DNA of 63,944 nucleotides, counting the filler, from Octopus bimaculoides (taxonomy: Eukaryota), in the NCBI RefSeq assembly GCF_001194135.2. It is 10 parts of 10 records of this genome, joined end to end, with 100 filler letters (N's around TTAATTAATTAA, not from the genome) between each part and the next. Parts side by side here need not be neighbours in the genome. Positions count along the whole stretch, not along the records: positions 17,888 to 29,370 come from NC_068984.1; positions 29,471 to 32,536 come from NC_068999.1; positions 32,637 to 35,443 come from NW_026332815.1; 7 more parts are not named here. One strand, given 5' to 3'. Positions within the stretch are counted from its first letter, which is position 1. Each line of letters opens with the position of its first letter. The notes beneath the pieces were generated by a model, which was given only the letters and a program-made list of their open reading frames with translations, ran no database searches and was not told the DNA's origin. Both the position numbers and the translations under genes were made by a program. Below are positions 22,679-32,659 of this stretch, in pieces.

Positions 22679-23576
22679 NNNNNNNNNNNNNNNNNNNNNN
22701 NNNNNNNNNNNNNNNNNNNNNNNNNNNNNNNNNNNNNNNNNNNNNNNNNNNNNNNNNNNNNNNNNNNNNNNNNNNNNNNNNNNNNNNNNNNNNNNNNNNN
22801 NNNNNNNNNNNNNNNNNNNNNNNNNNNNNNNNNNNNNNNNNNNNNNNNNNNNNNNNNNNNNNNNNNNNNNNNNNNNNNNNNNNNNNNNNNNNNNNNNNNN
22901 NNNNNNNNNNNNNNNNNNNNNNNNNNNNNNNNNNNNNNNNNNNNNNNNNNNNNNNNNNNNNNNNNNNNNNNNNNNNNNNNNNNNNNNNNNNNNNNNNNNN
23001 NNNNNNNNNNNNNNNNNNNNNNNNNNNNNNNNNNNNNNNNNNNNNNNNNNNNNNNNNNNNNNNNNNNNNNNNNNNNNNNNNNNNNNNNNNNNNNNNNNNN
23101 NNNNNNNNNNNNNNNNNNNNNNNNNNNNNNNNNNNNNNNNNNNNNNNNNNNNNNNNNNNNNNNNNNNNNNNNNNNNNNNNNNNNNNNNNNNNNNNNNNNN
23201 NNNNNNNNNNNNNNNNNNNNNNNNNNNNNNNNNNNNNNNNNNNNNNNNNNNNNNNNNNNNNNNNNNNNNNNNNNNNNNNNNNNNNNNNNNNNNNNNNNNN
23301 NNNNNNNNNNNNNNNNNNNNNNNNNNNNNNNNNNNNNNNNNNNNNNNNNNNNNNNNNNNNNNNNNNNNNNNNNNNNNNNNNNNNNNNNNNNNNNNNNNNN
23401 TATATATATATACATATGATATTATGCAACTGCAACTAGCACGCACGATATCACGTGTCGTGCCGTACCTATTCAGCTAATTGCATAAGAGACTATAGAA
23501 AGAAAGCAAGAATATTAAACGCATTCAGAATTCCTCCCTTCACTTATTCTTTCATTGCTTTCTTTTCTAATTACAG

Positions 23577-23720
23577 GCGTTGTAGCATTAATGATAACTT
23601 TAAACGGAACAGTTCGGTGCTATGGACTATTCTTTGTGGAGATTATGAGTTTTTTTCGTGCTTCTTCATCGATTGGATCAATGGTTCTAAGTCTACCATC
23701 CGCTACTTATACCGTATCAA
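23577..23720 (+). CDS. Probable internal coding exon of an SLC16/monocarboxylate-transporter-like MFS protein (TM1-TM2)
   Basis: Acceptor TTTCTTTTCTAATTACAG and donor GTAAGT bound a 144-nt phase 1-1 exon encoding (G)VVALMITLNGTVRCYGLFFVEIMSFFRASSSIGSMVLSLPSATYTVS. This resembles the G..x.FG.FF.E....F.AS......S motif of MCT N-termini (family call from memory). Confidence 0.6.
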
Positions 23721-24234
23721 GTAAGTTTACAATGTTTATTGCCCCCCACCTCTCTCTCTTACTCTTCAGTTCTAAAACTATTGGTTCATTCGGGGTTTGG
23801 TTGACATCTCTCGCTCGCATTGATACATAAATTATTTTTTTATGTATTTATGTTTTTTTCTATTTTAACCTAACCACTAACAAGTCTTATTGTCTTATTT
23901 TCCTGTATGCATTCATTGTGCAACCGAGAGCAGCTTTGCTTTGCGTAAGTGCAGTGTTTCGTTCTTGGTTTTGCATTTATAGCTTGTACTGAAAGTATTT
24001 ATATAATGTATTTGTAGTGTGTAGCAGTACTATTTTCCTCTACGTCAGCATAGCATACGACTTGATGTGTATTAATTAAAATTAATTAAATATAGGATTA
24101 ATATTGGGAGTGAATCTAATCGTTACCAAGACAGACAATTCTGTTCACTTTCCATCATTATGAAAATTCATTAGCATATTTTCCACCTCTTTCCCTCAAA
24201 TCATGCCTTCTTTTCATATTCCATAAGGGAACTC

Positions 24235-24620
24235 TGGCCTTGGTGACCTTCTAGTCTGAAGCACTTTAACCCCCTTCCTTTCCAATACTCAACCTGGATC
24301 CTTCCCCTGCCCGCGAAACCGTTGCAATAGATGTCCGTACATCCATATCATTAATGTCTTTCTTGGACCCTACTAAAGTTTCTTCCTTTTCAGAGAGCGT
24401 TTCACCATAACTCCTTGGAATGTCTTTTACAGTCATATATACCAGTTATGTGGTCTCTTATACTTTGGAGAGAGACAGACCGCAGACTGGGATGTTATTT
24501 CATACCATGGCTCCTCCGCTTTTTGTTATCACAACACTCCATCTTCCACCTCTGATTCTACGCTCCCGCGGGCATCAAAATTGCGCTCATGTTCATTTTT
24601 ATACTCTACCACACCACAAT
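24235..24620 (+). mobile_element. Penelope-like element, linker/GIY-YIG fragment, decayed
   Basis: LGDLLV*S...PGSFPCPRNRCNRCPYI...GP..SF...RFT...NVFY..Y..CGLLYFGE, the Cys-rich linker leading into GIY-YIG. Confidence 0.6.
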
Positions 24621-26104
24621 ACATCCTTTTAAAATGCACCCCACCATAACTACACACACACATACACACACATATACTCATACGCACATACACACACACC
24701 ACCACCATGATACCATCATCATCGTCGTCGTCATACCCACATATACTAATCTTATCTATATCTGAAGATACCACACACTGAATATATCATACACACATAC
24801 TGACACACGAAGATGATTACAAACTTCACACAAGTACACACGTTCAATTCTACTTGCACAGTTACAAACACACTGATGTACACAGCAACAGTCTTTATAC
24901 CTGCATACACTTTAGTCATAACTCTACATAGTCTTATCACATCACATACACACAATCATAAACAACTTGCTTAACACACGCACACACACACACGCGCAGA
25001 ACATACATGCCACACACATAGTGTGTTACTCTAATTGATAGATAATTATTTGGTTGGTTGCAAAGACAATAGGATGTATGGATAGTCTGAAGTACTTATC
25101 GATTCCTTATTGAATATATTGATTAATTAATTGATTGATACATTGGCAGGGTGATAAATAAACAATTAGACTGTTATGCACATAGATGGACTTTTAGATG
25201 AGTATTGTGATATATAAACTAACCAAAAGATATATACGCACATTGGTTCATACTTCAAGAGAAGGCTGAGAGATACATGGAAGGTTATGTATATTTGTGT
25301 CACCGTATGCATAGTTATATATCCTTCCATATATATATATATATATATATATATTAGCGACAGATGCAGTATTAATACCGGGAGGTAATATTAGTCCCCA
25401 CTTAAAAGTGGAAGTTCTATTTGGACCAAATTTACTGCGGTAGTTGCCATAAGAGAAACTCTCGCAGTAGCTTTTTGGTGCAGAAAGTACTCTTGTTCAT
25501 ATCGCTAGCGGAAGATAAATCCCCGCTACCTCCAATTCCAGAACCACCACATCGCGTGATTTCGACTTCTTTGGACTTGTCAATGATAGACACTCGACCG
25601 CTAGAAANNNNNNNNNNNNNNNNNNNNNNNNNNNNNNNNNNNNNNNNNNNNNNNNNNNNNNNNNNNNNNNNNNNNNNNNNNNNNNNNNNNNNNNNNNNNN
25701 NNNNNNNNNNNNNNNNNNNNNNNNNNNNNNNNNNNNNNNNNNNNNNNNNNNNNNNNNNNNNNNNNNNNNNNNNNNNNNNNNNNNNNNNNNNNNNNNNNNN
25801 NNNNNNNNNNNNNNNNNNNNNNNNNNNNNNNNNNNNNNNNNNNNNNNNNNNNNNNNNNNNNNNNNNNNNNNNNNNNNNNNNNNNNNNNNNNNNNNNNNNN
25901 NNNNNNNNNNNNNNNNNNNNNNNNNNNNNNNNNNNNNNNNNNNNNNNNNNNNNNNNNNNNNNNNNNNNNNNNNNNNNNNNNNNNNNNNNNNNNNNNNNNN
26001 NNNNNNNNNNNNNNNNNNNNNNNNNNNNNNNNNNNNNNNNNNNNNGTAATTCAGTCTGTGGGTGTGTTTGTGGAGTTGTTAGCTAACTTCTCCTACATCG
26101 TTTT

Positions 26105-26165
26105 ATTGATTCTGATGAAACTTGACATGTGAGTAGAACTCATGTCTGGAAACGTCATGTCATAC
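26105..26165 (+). ncRNA. Degenerate type I hammerhead ribozyme-like motif
   Basis: CTGATGA (26112-26118), hairpin GACAT..GAGT-AGA-ACTC-ATGTC, GAAA (26149-26152), C, GTC (26154-26156). The stem II closing pair and stem I are imperfect. Confidence 0.4.
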
Positions 26166-27652
26166 TCAGATTGTTGAAAAAAAAATCGATATTAGGGCCC
26201 CTGGAGGTGTTCCTTATATATATATCTAATATATTTTATTTTAGAAACCAAGGGAAATAATCCATTCGCCCCTGGAAGAGATCTTTATATATAGCCAAGA
26301 GAAATAGCCCATTCATTTTCCTAAATTATTTGGTAAAAATGAAATTGAGTATGCTTATTTCTTAGTATTTCAATTGTTAGAGTTATTTTCGCAATTTATC
26401 CAGTACAACATTTAAACAAGTATATAGTTTTTTTCCTAAACAATAGATCCACTTATTTCGGTTAGTAACTTATTCATGAATAAACCAACACTAGCACCGC
26501 TGAGGGTAATATTCTCTGGGAACGCACAAAAGCCTTTGTCAGAGTTATTTACTTTGAATTGTTATCTCATATCTGATTAACCTGTTATTACGTAACATGC
26601 TTCACGATTTTAGTATACATACCTTTTTAGTATTTCCTCCTAAGTTCTATATACTCTGGGAACTCATTAAAGCCCTTTTCAGGGCTACTTTATTTGAATT
26701 CTTACAGTTGGGTAACTAATTTCATGTTATTACATAACTGACTACACAGTTTGGGTATTCATAATTTATTGGGAATTTCTAAAAACAAGATCCTGTGTAA
26801 GACAATTTGGTATTCTCCGTAAATGCACAAAAACATACTTTGTATTGTTGTTACTGGATTAGCGAAACAATTATGAGAACGGAACCAAGAGATAAGCCCC
26901 GCTTTCCGGGGAATTACCGGGTACGTCAGNNNNNNNNNNNNNNNNNNNNNNNNNNNNNNNNNNNNNNNNNNNNNNNNNNNNNNNNNNNNNNNNNNNNNNN
27001 NNNNNNNNNNNNNNNNNNNNNNNNNNNNNNNNNNNNNNNNNNNNNNNNNNNNNNNNNNNNNNNNNNNNNNNNNNNNNNNNNNNNNNNNNNNNNNNNNNNN
27101 NNNNNNNNNNNNNNNNNNNNNNNNNNNNNNNNNNNNNNNNNNNNNNNNNNNNNNNNNNNNNNNNNNNNNNNNNNNNNNNNNNNNNNNNNNNNNNNNNNNN
27201 NNNNNNNNNNNNNNNNNNNNNNNNNNNNNNNNNNNNNNNNNNNNNNNNNNNNNNNNNNNNNNNNNNNNNNNNNNNNNNNNNNNNNNNNNNNNNNNNNNNN
27301 NNNNNNNNNNNNNNNNNNNNNNNNNNNNNNNNNNNNNNNNNNNNNNNNNNNNNNNNNNNNNNNNNNNNNNNNNNNNNNNNNNNNNNNNNNNNNNNNNNNN
27401 NNNNNNNNNNNNNNNNNNNNNNNNNNNNNNNNNNNNNNNNNNNNNNNNNNNNNNNNNNNNNNNNNNNNNNNNNNNNNNNNNNNNNNNNNNNNNNNNNNNN
27501 NNNNNNNNNNNNNNNNNNNNNNNNNNNNNNNNNNNNNNNNNNNNNNNNNNNNNNNNNNNNNNNNNNNNNNNNNNNNNNNNNNNNNNNNNNNNNNNNNNNN
27601 NNNNNNNNNNNNNNNNNNNNNNNNNNNNNNNNNNNNNNNNNNNNNNNNNNNN

Positions 27653-27945
27653 NCAAAATACCGCTAAGCATTTCGTCCAACGCGTTAATGATTCTGCCAA
27701 CTCGCCATCTTAAGGTAAAAGAAAATAATCCTTTCTACTATTGGCACAAGGCCTGAAATTTTGTGGTGATGGGGACAATCGATTACATCGACCCCAATAT
27801 TTGACTGGTACTTAATTTATTGACCCCGAAAGGATGAAAGGCAAAGTCGACCTTGGCGGAATCTGAACTCAGAACGTAGCAGCAGACGAAATACCGCTAA
27901 GCATTTCGCCTGGCGTGCTAACGATATTGCCAGCTTGCCATCTTA
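27653..27945 (-). mobile_element. SINE family A tandem pair (partial head + full copy)
   Basis: Head remnant at 27653-27708 and full copy at ~27730-27941. Confidence 0.88.
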
Positions 27946-28439
27946 AGGTAATAGAAAATAATGACAAACGTATGTACCTTCTTGTGATTTAATGGCTAAC
28001 GATCTTTATATTTGTTCGTTTTGTTTGTTTGTTTGTTTGTTTGTTTGCTTTTACATTGTCCTTTTCTAAGACAAGCTGGTGGCGATGGTAGTGGTGGTGG
28101 TTCACGTGAGTATTACAGAACATCTATTTGAAGCAACTGAAAATGAATGGCGAAGCATTTGTAGAGCAGGTTTGGTGCTCTACAAAGACCAAGACGTATG
28201 TTGGATGGTGGATTCGCAGAATACAGAGCATTGCAAAAAGTGCCCCACGTTGTTTATTTCGGAATTGTTTATTCTGAAACTTTACTTTCTGAGATCAAAT
28301 CTCACTTGCTTTTCATACTTCAGGAATTGATAAAATAAATACCTTGGGGATAATATAATTGCCTGTAATCCTTCGCTCTACAAACTAACAGGACATGTCC
28401 CATGTTACAGGGTCGGAAAAAAGTACTTTGTTGTTCTTG

Positions 28440-29060
28440 CTCTATACATTCTGTGTTCAAATCACGCCGAGGTATATTTGTTTTTCATCCTTTCGGGGTT
28501 GGTAAAATAAATACCAGTGAAGTATTGGGATCGATGAAATCGTGTAACTCCCTCTCATAACATTATCAAGCGTTGAGTCGATAGAAAGGATTATTAGGAA
28601 GGCGACGAGCTGGCAGAATCGTTAGCACGCCAGGCAAACTGTTTAGCTGCATTTTGTCCTTGTTGACGTTATGAGTTCAAATTCCGACGAGGTCAACCTT
28701 ACCTTTTTTTCCTTTCGGGGTCGATAAAATAAGTAGCAGGTGGGTACTGAGGTCGATGTAATCAACTACCTCCTTCTCCCGAAATTGCTGGCCTAGAGTC
28801 AAAATTTGAAATTATTATTATGATTTTTATCATCATCATTATGGAAGGCGGCGAGCTAGAAGAATCATTAGCGTCAACCAAAATGCTTAGCGGCATTACT
28901 TGTGGAATTACGTTCTGAATTCAAATGCCGCTTAAGGCCAACTTTGCCTTTCATCTTTTCAAGGTCGACAAAATAAGAACCAGTTGACCACTGGGGACTA
29001 TGTAATTGACTTCCTCTCCCCACCTACCCACCAAATCGCTAACCTTGTGCCAAAATCAGA
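28440..29060 (+). mobile_element. Three consecutive SINE family A copies
   Basis: Degenerate 28440-28545; 28600-28810 (GGCGACGAGCTGGCAGAATCG...GAGTTCAAATTCC); 28844-29060. Confidence 0.8.
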
Positions 29061-29320
29061 AAGAATTGTTATAATTATTTTGTTGTTATTGTCGTCGTCG
29101 TCATTGTTGATATTATTGATATTGTTGTTGTTGTTGTTGTTGCTGTTGTTCATGTGGCAACACTGATCACGTGAATATTGTTCTTATAGCTATATTGAAA
29201 AGATTAAGTGACTCCGTAAAGGCTTTGTCCTGTTACTCCAATGTCTCTCTCCTTCTCTCTCTGTGATCTAAAAATAAATCATTAGTATAAAATAAAATGT
29301 ATGTGTGTGTGTGTGTGTGT

Positions 29321-29370
<50 letters not shown>

Positions 29371-29414
29371 NNNNNNNNNNNNNNNNNNNNNNNNNNNNNN
29401 NNNNNNNNNNNNNN

Positions 29415-29426
29415 TTAATTAATTAA
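29415..29426. other. Artificial scaffold-joining linker
   Basis: TTAATTAATTAA flanked by N runs. Confidence 0.95.
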
Positions 29427-29470
29427 NNNNNNNNNNNNNNNNNNNNNNNNNNNNNNNNNNNNNNNNNNNN

Positions 29471-29502
<32 letters not shown>

Positions 29503-29559
29503 TATATATATGCATACTTACACACACACGCACATATATACATACATATATATATATAT

Positions 29560-29603
<44 letters not shown>

Positions 29604-30027
29604 TCATACGTGCAAAACAATGAACGTAAAGTCTGGGAAACATATATATCTACGCAGAAGAAACCATGGTTGAGTAGAAGAAAAATAAGGTGAAGTGCTT
29701 TTGAAAGAGTTATTTCTTGAATTTGAATTAAAAATTATATTTTCACAGCTTTATTTTATGCAAGAAATATAATTATGATTTTATATATAAATACACATGC
29801 ATACGTATGAGCAACCGTTAATCCAGACATTTTTTCTCTTGTTTTTTTTTCTCTTTTTCTTTCTCCATCTGTTTTCTCTTCTCATTCCATTCTGTGAAAG
29901 AACATAGGCTCAAAACGTCAAAGAATTTTCCATTCTTTCCGACCAGCGGACTATACACTTTGTTGTCTCCTCACTTGTCTCTGTCCTTTGGTTTTTGTTT
30001 TGTACAATTTTGAACTACACACACACG

Positions 30028-30087
<60 letters not shown>

Positions 30088-30104
30088 TACAGATACACAC
30101 ACAT

Positions 30105-30256
30105 GACGGGCTTCTTTCCGTTTCCGTCTATCAAACCTGTTCACAAAGCTTTGATCAGCCAGGGGCTAAAGTAGAAGACACTTGCCCAAGGTATCAGACA
30201 GTGGGACTGAAACCAGAACCATATGATTGGCAAGTAGACTTCTTATCCCACAGCCA
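30105..30256 (-). mobile_element. tRNA-derived SINE family C
   Basis: Reverse complement gives GGCTGTGG head, GGTTTCAGTCCC B-box-like segment, CCTTGGGCAAGTGTCTT and GACGGAAACGGAAAGAAGCCCGTC into (GT)n. Confidence 0.8.
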
Positions 30257-31060
30257 TGCTTGTGCTCTGTGTATGTATAGGGATTCAAAGAATCGAACAG
30301 AATTCACATCAAGCTCCCTTGCTAGTCCGTGGCTGTCGAGAAAGACAGTTAAGACTGGAATGTAACTTCACCACCTTTCTGAAGACTCAGGAATCGTAAT
30401 GGTTGATAGTGTATATAAAGATTGTCCAGGAAAGTGAAGTCAGAGAATAGATGTTTAATCTGTTAGTTGACAGCTGTTTCGTAATCTGTGTTAGTTACAT
30501 AAGCGCTACATCATCCGTCGCACATATTTAAATAATTATAGATAAGAATACATATATCTATACCCATAAATACGGAGTCCGCCAAAAAATTGTATACACA
30601 CTTCCAGAAAGAAAAAAATGTATATAAATATCTAATTTGTATAAACACAATGAAATCAGAGAATAAATGATAGAATTAGGAAGAATAAATTTATCGTAAA
30701 GATTTGCTTTCTAAAGATTGAGCTGACCATCTGGTAGTATTTACATGAATTACTAATACAATACAAAAATTGCGAATAAGATAAATAAATGATTAAACAA
30801 ACAAACAGATAAATAAAATGAAAAGTATGGAGAAAATGAAGAAAAATAAATGGTGGGTATAATTATCGAGATAGGAGGCCAGGTTTAGTACCTCTACTAA
30901 AACAAATAGATTGTTTTAACAATGAATTTGTTTTGATATATATATTTATGTGAGATTTCACTTAAGTAAATGTATATTGAAAAAAGAGGAAATAAGAAAT
31001 TGCTCTTAGAAGTTTATCATGGGTAAAACTAAGAAAGTATTTATATTTTTATCAACATAT

Positions 31061-31132
31061 AGGCGTAGGAGTGGCTGTGTGGTAAGTAGCTTGCTTCCTA
31101 ACCACAGAGTTCCAGTTTCAGTCACACTGTGT
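31061..31132 (+). mobile_element. SINE family C head fragment
   Basis: AGGCGTAGGAGTGGCTGTGTGGTAAGTAGCTTGCTTCCTAACCAC...TTCAGTCACACTG. Confidence 0.7.
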
Positions 31133-31527
31133 AATTTTATTCAGCTGAATACACGACATTGATTGGTTGAAATTATCGAAATACAACTTTAACACGAAAT
31201 AACTTCGAAAATAGAAACTTTTCTCAACAACGCTAAGAGTAAAAGATGTTCTATATGACACATTCTACCAGTATACGAAGTTTTAAAGTGTCTAGTTAAA
31301 GAAAATTAAATTAATCGAGCTGCCTATGAAAAGGAAAAGATCCCCTTGCTAGTAATTTCCTATCTAACCGCGGCCAGTTTAACTTTGCTTTTGTTTATTG
31401 TTTTCAGTACTGATGTATTCGCCATCAGGCGTAGATATATTCTTGGCTTTCCAACTCTTATCTCGACAGGACGACAGGATATCCAAGATGTGACAACTGG
31501 TGGGGGAGAGAAAGCACCAACGCTCCC

Positions 31528-31587
31528 TTTGTCTGTCCTTGTTTGTCCCCTCTGTGTGTAGCCCCTTGTGGGCAGTAAAGAAATAAG
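31528..31587 (+). repeat. 60-bp 3' tail shared with the SINE at 56489-56547, here attached to unrelated upstream DNA
   Basis: TTTGTCTGTCCTTGTTTGTCCCCTCTGTG.GTAG.CCCTTGTGGGCAGTAAAGAAATA occurs in both places. Confidence 0.85.
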
Positions 31588-32492
31588 AATTTGCACTTAG
31601 AATGCAAAGATAAATGAAATGCCGCTAAACGTATTGCCAATTCCAGTAACAATTCTGCTAGCTTGCCGTCACTAATAGCCGAGATTTGCAAAAGGATTAT
31701 TAGAAATAAATATCAGCTTTGGAAATAACAAAATAGCATCTCCCAAGATTCACTTATCTTTTTCACTTGCTTTTTTTAAGATTAATAATTCCGACAAGTA
31801 ATTTAATACTCTGCAAAGTGCGGAGTTAAGAAAAAGACAATCTCTTTGAGCTGGTGCCATGATGAAAATGTATTCGGTACACTCTGTAAAGTGACTGGTG
31901 TTAAGAAGGGCCTCAAGAGATAGAAAGTGAGCTAAACAAAATGTACAAGTGAGGTGCAGTCATGCAACCTGTCCAAGAGAGCAACTGATTCTGACCATTA
32001 CGATTTGTCCAACACCATTGCTAGCAAAGGAAAGCAGATGTAAAACAATAATGATGATGATTAACAATAAACAACATATAATAATCCCTTCTGTTCTGTG
32101 TTATTTCCCTTTAAAAGGCTTTGATTTTAGTGAGTGTATTTCCGAGTGAGTGAATATAAGTGTGTACAGATAGGTAATATTGAGGTGACAATAGCATTTA
32201 CATCAATATTATCTATTTTTAAGGTGGCACTCATTCTAACTGTGTGGAAAGTTTTGAAACGGATTGCTTTGATAAAAGAAACAGCGCATTACACCGATCA
32301 AGAACCGAACCTACGATTTACTGGTTGGGTGTCCTATACTTTAAACACTAGACACAAAATGAAGTTGAGAGGAAGGGATTTCACGTTCGTAAAATACCCC
32401 ATGAGATAGAGTGACAGATGCAGCGAATAATTGGTGGCAGTTTTTCGCAGCAGCGTTTCTCCTCCGCTGGGAGTAGATAACATAGATCGTTG

Positions 32493-32531
<39 letters not shown>

Positions 32532-32580
32532 ATATANNNNNNNNNNNNNNNNNNNNNNNNNNNNNNNNNNNNNNNNNNNN

Positions 32581-32592
32581 TTAATTAATTAA
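32581..32592. other. Artificial scaffold-joining linker
   Basis: TTAATTAATTAA flanked by N runs. Confidence 0.95.
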
Positions 32593-32659
32593 NNNNNNNN
32601 NNNNNNNNNNNNNNNNNNNNNNNNNNNNNNNNNNNNTATATATATATACACATGTATAT

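Noticed and set aside
26511-26745. Diverged ~140-bp tandem duplication (CTCTGGGAAC...GTTATTAC)
   Set aside because: Probably real but old, with no coding or structural signal I can support.
28076-28115. Micro-exon AGGDGSGGGS before GTGAGT
   Set aside because: Weak acceptor and a (GGT)n-like low-complexity origin.
28440-29060. CRISPR-like or prokaryotic repeat-spacer array
   Set aside because: The units are diverged SINEs in eukaryotic DNA, with no constant repeat or spacer length and no cas genes.
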